NCBI GenBank assembly: GCA_030641525.1
Contig: DAOWHH010000010.1
Location: 1 to 59,697, forward strand
Source of the DNA: a bacterium
GTDB taxonomy: Bacteria > Patescibacteriota > Minisyncoccia > Phycocordibacterales > UBA12079
DNA length: 59,697 nucleotides
Direction of reading: 5' to 3'
Part shown: piece after piece, positions 8,444 through 19,000 of the stretch
Numbering within the stretch: the stretch's first letter is position 1
How the letters are laid out: each line of letters begins with the position of its first letter
The notes under the pieces: model-generated
The model's database searches: none
The model's input: only the letters and a program-made list of their open reading frames with translations
Told to the model about the DNA's origin: nothing
Made by a program: the position numbers and the translations under genes

Positions 8444-9199
8444 TTATTGTTTACTGGTAAGTTTCGACCAGTTTTGTTTCGGACGATAAGGTGTGGAACC
8501 TTGTTTGCAAAGAGCGCAATCTTCAGGGTTTGTTGCCCATATTTCCTTTTCAATAGCCGAAATGACTTTTCTTCCGTTATACTCAGGAACTGGAAGTTTT
8601 GCAGGTCGATGAACCAAGACACCAATAAAAGGTAAAAAATTTATAGGATGAGGGTTTCCCTCAATGATTGCTTCTTGAACATTGTCTAATGTTTGGGCTG
8701 TAGTTATTAGTTCTTCAATTTGGAGAACTGTTTCCCCTTCAGGAATAACCGTTCTATTCCAGAGCATTTTCTTTGATCTCGTATAGTCTTTTTCAGTAAA
8801 GAAACTGATTTTAGCACCTAAAGCTCGACAGACATCATGAGCAAAAGTAATTCCTGCCATCGGTGAACCAATAACCCAATCTATACTGATATTTCCAAAT
8901 TCTTTTCGAATTAGCAAAGCAAGTTGCTGAGCCAAGAAATTTGAAAATTGAGAATATTTTAAAACTTCCAAACAATTGAAAAAACCATTACTACAATAAC
9001 CAGAAGTAAGCATAGCATGTGGTTTTTTCGGGTTTCCATTGTGCATCCAATATGCATCGCACAAATCAAAGATTTTGAGAATACATTCCTCAGAAAACAT
9101 TTTACAGAGTGTATTAGCTCTCTTTACAACAAGAAGTAAATCCTCCAGACTTGAACTCTCCATGATTTCTTTCTCGTAATCTGTTACGAAATTTGTCAT
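8444..9199 (-). CDS. pyrE: Orotate phosphoribosyltransferase-like protein
   Basis: LTSGYCSNGFFN and a PRPP-binding-like VLQIEELITTAQT motif. Operonic with pyrF. Confidence 0.65.
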   Translation of the reverse strand: MTNFVTDYEKEIMESSSLEDLLLVVKRANTLCKMFSEECILKIFDLCDAYWMHNGNPKKPHAMLTSGYCSNGFFNCLEVLKYSQFSNFLAQQLALLIRKEFGNISIDWVIGSPMAGITFAHDVCRALGAKISFFTEKDYTRSKKMLWNRTVIPEGETVLQIEELITTAQTLDNVQEAIIEGNPHPINFLPFIGVLVHRPAKLPVPEYNGRKVISAIEKEIWATNPEDCALCKQGSTPYRPKQNWSKLTSKQ

Positions 9200-9364
9200 A
9201 ATGATTATCCTTTTTATAAATTAACTTCAATGAACAAGAGATTAAATACCATATCTAATCCCCTTCTTTCTTATTCAAAAGATATCAAATTCATATATAA
9301 AAAGCAAAGAAAATAAAAACAAGGTTTTTTGTTTTTATTTTTTAAATTTTGATATAATTTTAAT

Positions 9365-9826
9365 ATGTCCAAAAAATACATTAATTTAAAAATAATAAGT
9401 CTAATTTTTTTAGTATTTATATTATTTGGCTTCATATCAAAATATAAATCAGATGATTTAGTTTTAGTTTGTTATAATGATAATTGTTTTAAAATAGAAT
9501 TAGCTATAACTATACAAGAACAAATAATAGGTCTTATGTATAGAGAAGAATTACCAAAAGATTCAGGAATGCTCTTTGTATATAATGACAATGAGATACG
9601 TTCTTTTTGGATGAAAAACACATTAATTCCTCTTGATATAATTTGGATAGACGAAAACAAAAAAATAGTTGATATTAAAAAAGATGTTCAACCTTGTCAG
9701 ACAGAAAAATGTTCTCTAATAACTCCTAAAAACAAAGCCAGATATATACTTGAATTAAATGCTGGAATTAGTGATGAAATAGGATTAATTATTGGTAATA
9801 ATTTAATATTTAAAAACATTTTATGA
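9365..9826 (+). CDS. DUF192 family protein with N-terminal membrane anchor
   Basis: GLMYREELPKDSGMLFVY and FWMKNTLIPLDIIWID are characteristic of DUF192. Confidence 0.8.
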   Translation: MSKKYINLKIISLIFLVFILFGFISKYKSDDLVLVCYNDNCFKIELAITIQEQIIGLMYREELPKDSGMLFVYNDNEIRSFWMKNTLIPLDIIWIDENKKIVDIKKDVQPCQTEKCSLITPKNKARYILELNAGISDEIGLIIGNNLIFKNIL

Positions 9827-10443
9827 AAATAATAGCCTTATCATGTTCACCTTCCAAAGGAAGGAATTCCGACTCTATGCTTGATTATTTTATCAAAGGG
9901 GCTTCTCAAATTAATGGAATTAATATAGAAAAAATTTATTTAGATGATCTAGAAATAGATTATTATTGTTACGAAAATAGAAATGGAGCAGAAGAGCACG
10001 AAAAAGAATTTGCCAGAATAAGTAATATTCTCCAAAAAGAAGCCGTTGGAGTCATAATTTCCTCCCCTACTTATAATTTTTCAGTTCCAGCCAAATTAAA
10101 AAATTTTATAGATAGAATCGGTTTTTTTGCATTAGATTTTTCTAAAAAAACAAAATTAAACCAACCAATTGGAACTCTAAAACATTTAAATTTTTATTTC
10201 ATAGTATCAGGTGGTACTCCTATATGGGTTCAAAAAATAATATTTTTTATTCTTCCTCTCTTTTGGCTAAAAATAGTTTTTAAATATTTTGGGGCGAATA
10301 ATTTAGGATCCTTTTATAGTGGAGATATAAAAGCATTTAAAAATAAAAAAATCTTAGATAAATGTTATAAAAAAGGAATTAAATACGCCAAACAATTATC
10401 TAAAAAACAAGAAAAGAAAATCTCCAGAATGTTCTTCTGGTGA
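9823..10443 (+). CDS. Flavodoxin-like fold NAD(P)H-dependent FMN reductase family protein
   Basis: MKIIALSCSPSKGRNSDSML... and SPTYNFSVPAKLKNFIDR motifs. 4-nt overlap with the upstream gene. Confidence 0.7.
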   Translation: MKIIALSCSPSKGRNSDSMLDYFIKGASQINGINIEKIYLDDLEIDYYCYENRNGAEEHEKEFARISNILQKEAVGVIISSPTYNFSVPAKLKNFIDRIGFFALDFSKKTKLNQPIGTLKHLNFYFIVSGGTPIWVQKIIFFILPLFWLKIVFKYFGANNLGSFYSGDIKAFKNKKILDKCYKKGIKYAKQLSKKQEKKISRMFFW

Positions 10444-10480
10444 TTTTCACGGATTTTTTTATTAACTTAAACAAAAATTT

Positions 10481-10527
10481 AATCTCCGGAGGTCCAACCT
10501 CCGGAGGTTGGACCTCCGGAGATTTTT
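10481..10527. repeat. GC-rich compound palindrome (CCTCCGGAGG family), double unit
   Basis: AATCTCCGGAGGTCCAACCTCCGGAGGTTGGACCTCCGGAGATTTTT. A 48-nt stretch (10481-10528) is identical to the copy at 57374. It sits between convergent genes. Confidence 0.9.
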
Positions 10528-10598
10528 AACCACTCACCAGACGAAAACCATGTCTATGAGTGGTTTTCTTTTTACCCCACACCAATTAATAAAAAATA

Positions 10599-10627
10599 AA
10601 AGGGTGGCCGCGAAGCGGCCACCCTTT
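10599..10627 (-). terminator. GC-rich intrinsic terminator for the gene at 10671
   Basis: AAGGGTGGCCGC-GAA-GCGGCCACCCTT. On the minus strand it is followed by TTTTATTTTTT. Confidence 0.75.
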
Positions 10628-10670
10628 CACTTTCAACAAACCAAACCATCCAAAACCTTATTTTACATTT

Positions 10671-11831
10671 CTATCTATCATTCCACAATTTTCTATGAAC
10701 CACATCCACCAAACTTCCAAGAGTCACCAAAAATATAAATAACCCAAGAATCCATCCAATAAAAGGGATAAACCTTATCGCTACCAATAAAACAAAACCA
10801 CCAATTATATTTTTATATGTTATTACTGCACGATCAGATTTATGCATAATTTTACTTAACCATGCCCCTGTTATAATTCCAGAATACATACATGCAACAA
10901 ACAAAAGTAATATATAAGTAAATATTGTCATGATACCAAGCGGAATCCCAAATAATGTTATAAATAAAAGAATTGAAGCAGCTGGTATAATTATAAGAGC
11001 AACAAACCCTTTACCAAGCATTTTAAATGGGTTTTTCACAACACTTTGAAGAACCGAATTTGAAAATCTTTTAAATAACCAAACAAAAAGAAATGCAGTA
11101 AGAATAAATGCTAATAATTTAAAAAGAACAAAAACTCCGATAATTGCAAATATAAAATTCTTTATTCCTTCCATCTCAATTCCAGCAATACCTATTTCTT
11201 TAAATATCGTTTCACCTGTAATAACAGCACCTTCACTCATTTTCAATACCTCAGAACTTTTTGCGCTATATTCCAAATTTCCATCAATAATAGCACCATC
11301 ACCTATGATTAATTTTTCATCAATTTTTATTTTTACATCTCCTTTTATATGTCCATTAATTGTGATAATTCCTCCAGCAATTTGAGCATCACCCATGACA
11401 TCACCGTCAATAGCAATCTGTCCACCAGCAATTATAAGATCATCACCAACCATAACATCAGAAGAAACGACAACAGACCCACCTGTCACAATCAATTCTC
11501 CCGCTACATTTCCAGCAATTAAAATATCTCCTCCTACTACTCGCATATCACCCCCACTATTTCCTAAGATTTTAACAGCCCCACCAACCACGGCCATATC
11601 ATCAGATACATTCTCTGTAATCAAAACATTTCCACCGGCAGTAAGTAAGTCACCAAAAATAATACTGTTTATAGAAACATTTCCACCGGCAACATATAAA
11701 TTATCTTTAATATCATCACCTTTTCTAATAGAAACACTCTCTCCCACTTTCATAAAAGCACCAAAACTAAGCATCGGTATAAGTACCATTATAGCCAATA
11801 TTGGTATTAAAAAACTTTTTATATTTCGCAT
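10671..11831 (-). CDS. Exported bactofilin-like beta-helix repeat protein with C-terminal polytopic membrane domain
   Basis: Start moved to ATG 11831 (MRNIKSFLIPILAIMVL, signal-like). About 150 aa of G-G-x-V/I repeats follow (GGNVLI, GGAVKI, GGDILI, GGSVVV, GGQIAI, GGIITI). Five hydrophobic helices come after that. Confidence 0.7.
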   Translation of the reverse strand: MRNIKSFLIPILAIMVLIPMLSFGAFMKVGESVSIRKGDDIKDNLYVAGGNVSINSIIFGDLLTAGGNVLITENVSDDMAVVGGAVKILGNSGGDMRVVGGDILIAGNVAGELIVTGGSVVVSSDVMVGDDLIIAGGQIAIDGDVMGDAQIAGGIITINGHIKGDVKIKIDEKLIIGDGAIIDGNLEYSAKSSEVLKMSEGAVITGETIFKEIGIAGIEMEGIKNFIFAIIGVFVLFKLLAFILTAFLFVWLFKRFSNSVLQSVVKNPFKMLGKGFVALIIIPAASILLFITLFGIPLGIMTIFTYILLLFVACMYSGIITGAWLSKIMHKSDRAVITYKNIIGGFVLLVAIRFIPFIGWILGLFIFLVTLGSLVDVVHRKLWNDR

Positions 11832-11956
11832 ATCATTTTTTAAAATAAAATTAATAATAATATTATTATACCTTAACATTTCAATTATTAATACATCTTT
11901 ATTTTATCCACCGCTTTAAACCTTTTAGGGTATATTATTGTTATAATTATTAAGAA

Positions 11957-13243
11957 ATGTTTCTATATTCTTTAAAAAATAAATTGATAATTACTATAAT
12001 GACAGTAATTTTGATAATGGGTTTAACAGCTACCTATACTGTTTTTTTATATTCAAAAAACATATTATTAGAAAATGAAAAAGAGTCATTGATTATTATC
12101 GCTTCAGAACATGCACAGCAAATTGCTGCAGTGTTAAAGCAGTCCACTGATTTATCCGAAATTTTTTCTCAACAAGATTTTGTTGTAAATTACTTAAATA
12201 ATGAAGAAAGAGAATTGCAAGATGAAGAAGTTTTAAGCAGATTTGAAGCATATAATATAGGAGACAATTATTCTTCTATTTATTTATTAGATCAAGAAGG
12301 AACAACTTTGGTCTCTACAGACAAGTCCTTTGTGTCCAACAATTATTCTTTTAGAGACTATTTCAAAAAAGCAATATTAGGTGGAAAATATACAGATATT
12401 TCTGTAGGAATCACTTCAAAAGAATTAGGTTATTATTTTTCTGCTCCAATTAAAGATAAAAATAATAAAATTATAGGGGTTGTGGTCTTAAAGATGAAAC
12501 CTACCATTATAGATGATTTAATAATAAATCCTTATCTTAAGACCAGTCATGATAAACTCGGATTATTAGCTGTTATAGATGATTATAGTGTAATTTTTCA
12601 TTCCAATGATAAATCAAAATTATTTAAAAGTGTGGCATATCTCAACTCAGAAATTCTGTTAGAAATATCTGAGAAAAAAAGATTTGCTGACTATAAGATT
12701 GATCCTTTAGATTATGAAATTGATTTAGCAGAAATTAGAACAATGGATAATTCTTTATTCAAAAATATTTTGAGTAACACATCAAATGATAGTTTCTTGA
12801 TGGATATTGTTCAAATAGAGGGATATCCTTTTAATTTAGTTATCATAAAAAATGAGAGTGAATTAATATCAGAAGCAGTCAGCATTTCTCGTACATTAGG
12901 TTTTTTTGTTTTATTTTCTGCTATTCTTGCTTTGATTATAATTAATTTTTTAATTGGACGACATCTTAAACCTTTATCAGAATTAAATAAAATTGTAATT
13001 AAAGCAACAGAAGGAGATTTAGGGCAAAGAGTTTTGGTTGACTCAAAAGATGAAATTGGAATCTTAGGTAAAAATTTTAATAAATTAATAGAAAAATTAC
13101 ACAAAACTTTAATTAATATAGAGAAAAAAATTAATCAAAGAACAGAACAATTAGAAAAAACTAATAAATCTATGGTGGGAAGAGAAATGAAAATGATAGA
13201 ACTTAAAAAAAAATTAGAACAAAAGGAAAAAAATGAAGATTAA
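11957..13243 (+). CDS. Cache-like extracellular sensor plus HAMP domain protein without output domain
   Basis: TM1, a ~270-aa extracytoplasmic domain and TM2. The HAMP domain reads LKPLSELNKIVIKATEGDLGQRVLVDSKDEIGILGKNFNKLIEKL and is followed by a coiled coil. The protein ends there, with no kinase or MCP domain. Confidence 0.75.
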   Translation: MFLYSLKNKLIITIMTVILIMGLTATYTVFLYSKNILLENEKESLIIIASEHAQQIAAVLKQSTDLSEIFSQQDFVVNYLNNEERELQDEEVLSRFEAYNIGDNYSSIYLLDQEGTTLVSTDKSFVSNNYSFRDYFKKAILGGKYTDISVGITSKELGYYFSAPIKDKNNKIIGVVVLKMKPTIIDDLIINPYLKTSHDKLGLLAVIDDYSVIFHSNDKSKLFKSVAYLNSEILLEISEKKRFADYKIDPLDYEIDLAEIRTMDNSLFKNILSNTSNDSFLMDIVQIEGYPFNLVIIKNESELISEAVSISRTLGFFVLFSAILALIIINFLIGRHLKPLSELNKIVIKATEGDLGQRVLVDSKDEIGILGKNFNKLIEKLHKTLINIEKKINQRTEQLEKTNKSMVGREMKMIELKKKLEQKEKNED

Positions 13244-15512
13244 AACAAAAATAATTTTACCAATTGTTTTGACTGCTGTGATTGTATTAACAGCAGCAAC
13301 TTTTTATTCTTATTTTTTTAATGTAAATGCTCTAAAAACAACAATCGAAAGTCATCTAGAAACAACTACTCAATCAAGGGCTCGAAGTGTTGATATTTTT
13401 TTAGAAGAACAGGTGGATAAAATAAGAATAGCAGCTACACATAGTTCATTATCTAACGAAGAATTAAAAATAATTAGAGATTCTAATACTGAATTTTCTG
13501 AAGTATTTCTTTTAGATGCTACTGGAAAAATAATTAAATCCTCAAATGAAATACGAATTGGATTAGACCGTTCTACTGATGATTATTTTATCAATACCAA
13601 AGAAGGGGGGTATATTAAAGATGCTTACGTTTCTAAAATAACAGGCGAACCATCAATTGCAGTTTCTATTCCTTATGGTCAAGAGATATTAGTTGCTAGA
13701 ATGGGGTTAGAAGTTTTAAATGATATTACCACTGACAAAACAGGATTAGGAAATAAAGGAGAAGTTTATTTAATAAATAGCGGAGGATATGCTATCACCC
13801 CACTATTATTTAAAGAAGATACCTTTTTAAATTTTAAGATTGAATCAGAAAATGCTGAAAATTGTTTAAGTATGAATGGGTTTAAAAATAAAGAAATTAT
13901 AACACATAGCGAACCTGAACATATTGGGCATAAGCCCTCAATCATATACACAGATTATAGAGGAGTTGGTGTTTTAGGTTCCCATTATCCTTTGAGGACT
14001 ATGAGTTGGTGTTTGTTGGCAGAAGTTAATGAGGTAGAAGCATTAGCTTCAACAAAAGATTTATTAAGATTTTCTATAATTAGAATTTTAATCGTTTTGT
14101 CCACATTTTTTATAATCACTTATTTATTAGCTAAAACTATTAGTAAGCCAATTATAACCTTAAGTCAAGGAACGAAAATTATAAAAAAAGGTAATTTAGA
14201 TTATAAGGTTGGAATTGATTCACAAGATGAGATAGGTCAATTATCCCGAGATTTTGATGAAATGACAACCGCTATTAAAAAATCTCGGGCTGAGGTTGAT
14301 CAAAAAGTTAAAGTACAAACAAAAGAAATTATAGAGAAACAAAAAGATATTGAAAATCAACAGCTGGCTACTTTAAATATTTTGGAGGATGTTAAAGAAG
14401 AAAAAGAACTAACTGAAATTGAACGAGATAAAATAGATACTATCTTACAAAGTATTGGTGATGGAGTGTTTGTGGTAGATAAAGATTATAAGATTTCAAT
14501 CTTTAATAAAGTGGCTTCTAAAATTTCAGGTTTCTCTTTGGAAGAAGCTCTTGGACAAGATTGTAGAAAAATATTGAAATTTCTTGATGAAAAAAATAGA
14601 ACGCCTAATTATAGTTTCCTAGAAGAAACATTTTCCACAGGTAAGATCCAAATGATGAAAAATCATACTATTCTCATTAGAAAAGATGGTAGTGAGGTAG
14701 CTGTAGCTGATAGTTCTGCACCTATAAAAGATAATGCTGGACATATAATTGGGTGTATAGTTGTTTTTAGAGATGCTTCTGCAGAAAGAAAAGCTGAACA
14801 AATAAAATCTGACTTTGTCTCAATTGCTTCCCATCAACTGAGAACCCCTTTAACAGGAATTCAGTGGGTGACAGAAAGATTATTAAAAAAATCAAGTGCT
14901 TTACCAGAAAAAGATAAACAATATATAAATGACATTAATCTTTCTTCAAAAAAATTATCTCGACTTGTAGATAATTTGTTAAATGTTTCTAGAATAGAAG
15001 GTGGAAGAATTGGTATTAAACCTCAAGAAATAGATTTGATTGATTTTATAAATAGTTATTTAAGTGAGACTAATTCTTTAACTGAAAAGAAAAATATTCA
15101 ATTGAGTTTTGAAAAACATCCAGAAAATCTAAAAATTTCAAATGATCCATCTGCTTTAAGAAATATAATTCAATCTTTAGTTTCTAATGCGATTGAATAT
15201 ACTCCTCAAGGTGGGAAAATAAATGTTTTTGTAGAGGATTTAGAAAATAATTTCTTGTTTAAAGTAAGTGATACTGGAATAGGAATCCCCCCTCAAAATC
15301 AAGCTACTATTTTTGATAAATTTACTAGAGGAGAAAATGCACAACAAGTTAAAACAGATGGAACAGGTTTCGGTCTTTATATTGCTAAGCAAACAGTTGA
15401 TCTTTTAGGAGGAAAGATACATTTTGAATCTGTTTTGGATGAAGGAACTACTTTCTTTGTAGAATTACCTAAAAAGGTTAAAACTATAGTTGGTGGAAAA
15501 AGTTTTGTTTAA
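13233..15512 (+). CDS. Sensor histidine kinase (Cache-like, HAMP, PAS, HisKA, HATPase_c)
   Basis: H-box SIASHQLRTPLT, N-box NAIEYT, G1 DTGIGI, G2 GTGFGL. HAMP reads ISKPIITLSQGTKIIKKGNLDYKV..DEIGQLSRDFDEM. The start overlaps the upstream gene by 11 nt. Confidence 0.9.
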   Translation: MKIKTKIILPIVLTAVIVLTAATFYSYFFNVNALKTTIESHLETTTQSRARSVDIFLEEQVDKIRIAATHSSLSNEELKIIRDSNTEFSEVFLLDATGKIIKSSNEIRIGLDRSTDDYFINTKEGGYIKDAYVSKITGEPSIAVSIPYGQEILVARMGLEVLNDITTDKTGLGNKGEVYLINSGGYAITPLLFKEDTFLNFKIESENAENCLSMNGFKNKEIITHSEPEHIGHKPSIIYTDYRGVGVLGSHYPLRTMSWCLLAEVNEVEALASTKDLLRFSIIRILIVLSTFFIITYLLAKTISKPIITLSQGTKIIKKGNLDYKVGIDSQDEIGQLSRDFDEMTTAIKKSRAEVDQKVKVQTKEIIEKQKDIENQQLATLNILEDVKEEKELTEIERDKIDTILQSIGDGVFVVDKDYKISIFNKVASKISGFSLEEALGQDCRKILKFLDEKNRTPNYSFLEETFSTGKIQMMKNHTILIRKDGSEVAVADSSAPIKDNAGHIIGCIVVFRDASAERKAEQIKSDFVSIASHQLRTPLTGIQWVTERLLKKSSALPEKDKQYINDINLSSKKLSRLVDNLLNVSRIEGGRIGIKPQEIDLIDFINSYLSETNSLTEKKNIQLSFEKHPENLKISNDPSALRNIIQSLVSNAIEYTPQGGKINVFVEDLENNFLFKVSDTGIGIPPQNQATIFDKFTRGENAQQVKTDGTGFGLYIAKQTVDLLGGKIHFESVLDEGTTFFVELPKKVKTIVGGKSFV

Positions 15513-15563
15513 AATATAGAAATTTTGCTATAATATTACTAATTAATAATTTAAAAAAACATT

Positions 15564-15983
15564 ATGAAAATTAAGATAGTTTTAATAGAAGATGATGAGA
15601 TTTTATCTAAAGTAATCAAAGAAGAATTAGAAGAAGCTAATTTTAAGATTTATTCAGCTCTTGATGGAGAAAAAGGGTTAGAAATGGTAAAAGCAAAGAA
15701 ACCTAATTTAGTTCTTTTGGATTTAATGCTTCCTAAAATGCACGGATTTGAAGTCTTGGAAAATCTAAAAAAATCTCTTGAGACAAAACAAATTCCAGTG
15801 ATGATTTTAACTATGTTAGGAAGTGATGATGATATAAAGAAAGGACTGCAATTAGGAGCTAATGATTATATTGTAAAATCACAACATGCCGTGGGAGAGA
15901 TTGTGGATACAGTAAAAGATTTTTTTGCCAAAGAAAGCAACCCTGCTGGGAAAAAATCCGCTAAAAATAATGAAGAGAAATAA
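15564..15983 (+). CDS. Single-domain response regulator (receiver only)
   Basis: EDDE acidic pocket, LVLLDLMLP phospho-acceptor Asp, conserved T and K (YIVK). No output domain. Confidence 0.9.
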   Translation: MKIKIVLIEDDEILSKVIKEELEEANFKIYSALDGEKGLEMVKAKKPNLVLLDLMLPKMHGFEVLENLKKSLETKQIPVMILTMLGSDDDIKKGLQLGANDYIVKSQHAVGEIVDTVKDFFAKESNPAGKKSAKNNEEK

Positions 15984-16012
15984 GTAAGAATTTATTTAGA
16001 TAAAATAAATAG

Positions 16013-19000
16013 ATGTTTTTTTTAAAAAATATTATAAGAATATTTATATTTTTTTTGTTGAGTGTTTTTCCTATTGCTCAGGTACTTGCAGATACAACAA
16101 CTTATGATTTTTTAGGGGTAGATAATTCAAATCAAGGAACTAATAACTACCCTATCGCTATAGAGCATGATTCTGATATTTTCCCATGGACAATTTCATT
16201 AGAGCAAAATGATTCTGCTAATCCTACTGATGCAGAGTATATAAATATATCTACCGATAATACTTCAGAATGGATAACTGATGACTCTGGCCAAAAGGAT
16301 GAAATGGCCATTACTTTTAGATTCTTTATTCAAGAAATTATAAGTGATATTTCCAATATTCAAATAAGGTGGAATGGAAATACTGGAGGAACTACAGCTA
16401 GTAACCATTCAATTTGGTTAAGGAAAGATGGTTTAGATGAATTTGGAGGAACAAATACATGGGTTCAATTAGGGTCCTCTTTATCTATAGATCCTAATGT
16501 TGACACAGATTTAATCAGAAACTTAATTTCTGATTTTTCTACTTATATTAACGGATCTTCTGGACAATTTGAATTTGTTGTCACAACAGACGGAAATTCA
16601 GAAAGTTTAAAAACTAATTATATTGAAGTTATAACTACTTATATTACCACCCCTTTGCCTGACACAACTCCCCCATCAACCATCTCAGATTTATCCACAT
16701 CAGGTGCAACAACATCAACCATAGATTTAGATTGGACAGCTGTAGGAGATGATGCTAATTCAGGAACAGCTACCACTTATGACATCAGATATTCAACTTC
16801 AAATATTACCAATGATACTGATTTTAATAATGCTACTCAAGTATCTGGAGAACCTTCACCGAGTATAGCAGGAACTCCAGAGTCAATGACTATCACAGGA
16901 TTAAGTTCTAACACCTTATATTATTTCGCAATTAAAACATCTGATGAAGTTCCCAACACTTCTACTCTTTCTAATGTATCTAGTCTTTCAACTACAATCA
17001 TTCCAGACACAATAGCTCCTTCAGTTATTTCTGACTTAGCTCTTTCTAATCCGTCTGATTCAGCCATTACGGTTTCTTGGACAGCTCCTGGAGATGATGG
17101 AAGTACTGGAACAGCCACTATTTACGATTTAAGATATTCAACAAGCAATATCACTAATGACACTGATTTTAATAATGCTACTCAAGTATCAGGTGAACCA
17201 ACCCCTTCTATAGTTGGTTCATCTGAAAATAAAATAGTCGCAGGTTTAGATTCCAATACACTTTATTATTTTGCAATTAAAACATCTGATGAAGTTCCTA
17301 ACACCTCTACTCTTTCTAATGTATTTAGTCTTTCCACCACAGCCACTCCAGATATTACAGCTCCTGCTACAATTTCTGATTTAATCACTTCTGGAATAAC
17401 AAATAATTCAATTAATTTAGATTGGACAGCTCAAGGAGATGATGGAAGTACGGGAACAGCTAGTACTTATGACATCAGATATTCAACTTCAAATATTACA
17501 AATTTAAATTGGTCTTCAGCTATTCAAGCCACAGGTGAACCCTCACCAAGTGTAGCTGGTTCATCAGAATCATTTACAATTTCTAGTCTTTCTCCAAGCA
17601 CCTTATATTATTTCGCTATAAAAACTTCTGATGAAGTCCCTAATGAATCAGCTCTTTCTAATGTCCCAACTGGTACAACATCTGCTATTGCCGACACCAC
17701 TCCCCCATCAACCATCTCAGATCTATCTACATCAGGAGCAACTACTTCAACTATAGATTTAGATTGGACAGCTGTAGGAGATGATGCTAATTCAGGAACA
17801 GCTACCACTTATGACATCAGATATTCAACTTCAAATATTACCAACGATACTGATTTTAATAATGCTACTCAAGTATCTGGAGAACCTTCACCATCTATCG
17901 CAGGATCAAATGAATCAATGACAGTCACAGGATTATCTGATAGTACTTTATATTATTTCGCAATTAAAACATCTGATGAAGTTCCTAATACATCAGCATT
18001 ATCTAATATACCTAGTCTTTCAACTATCACTTCTATTGATAATATAGCACCGAGTTCAGTTTCAGATTTAACAACATCAACTCCAACACAAACATCAATA
18101 GATTTAGATTGGACTGCTCCTGGAGATGATGGAAGTACTGGAATAGCTACTACTTATGATATTAGATATTCAACAAGTAATATCACCAATGATACAGATT
18201 TTGATAATGCTACTCAAGTAGCCAACGAACCCATTCCGTCTACAGCTGGTTCTTTTGAATCAATAACTATATCAGGACTTTCTTCAAATACAACTTATTA
18301 TTTTGCAATTAAAACATCTGATGAAGTTCCTAATGAATCAACTCTATCAAATATCACTTCTTTAAGTACTAATGAAGAACCAAACATAGTAATTCCTATT
18401 GGTGGAGTATCAGGAGGAATATCAGCTACTAGTATTGTATTTTCAGGGCAAGCTTATCCAGGATCTAAAATTATTGTTCAAATGAAAGATGATCTTAGTT
18501 CTCTTTATAAAAATGTTCCTCTTTCTGTTTACCAAATGTCAAATACAGGAGAATTTTATATTTCCTATACTGCTCTTTTATCAGGACAATATTTTTTAAC
18601 ATTAAAAGCTAGAGATAAAAAAGGTCAAGAAACAGGTATTCAATCTTTTAATGTTGACTTTAGGACAGATAAAAGATTATTAGTTGAAAATATTATAATA
18701 CCTCCTACAATTAGTTTTAATTATGATTTATTAAAATTAAGTGATGCTTTAGAGATCAGTGGTTATTCATCCCCAGATTCAAAGGTTGAATTAAAAATAG
18801 ATGATATAATAAAAAAAGAAACTACTGCAGATAGTTCAGGTTATTATTCTTTTCTTTTTAATCCAGGAGATTTTATTTTAGGATTACATAGAGTTAAAGT
18901 TAAACAAAGTAAAGGAGAAAACGAAAGTAATTTTTCTTTCCCCCGTACTTTTAAAGTATCTTCTCTTATATATCCCCAAGCCGATTTTAATAAAGATGAT

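Noticed and set aside
8261-8635. Plus-strand 124-aa ORF and minus-strand 65-aa ORF (8428-8625) spanning the pyrF/pyrE junction.
   Set aside because: They overlap well-supported pyrF and pyrE coding sequence in other frames. Their composition is implausible and no family is recognisable.
10508-10738. 76-aa ORF.
   Set aside because: It starts inside the CCGGAGG palindrome, runs through a GC-rich terminator hairpin and into the 3' end of the convergent gene. It is an artefact.
11395-11919. 174-aa plus-strand ORF rich in P/T/S/I.
   Set aside because: It is the antisense shadow of the G-G-x-V repeat gene at 10671-11831. Its low-complexity translation is a by-product of the repeat, and it has no start context.
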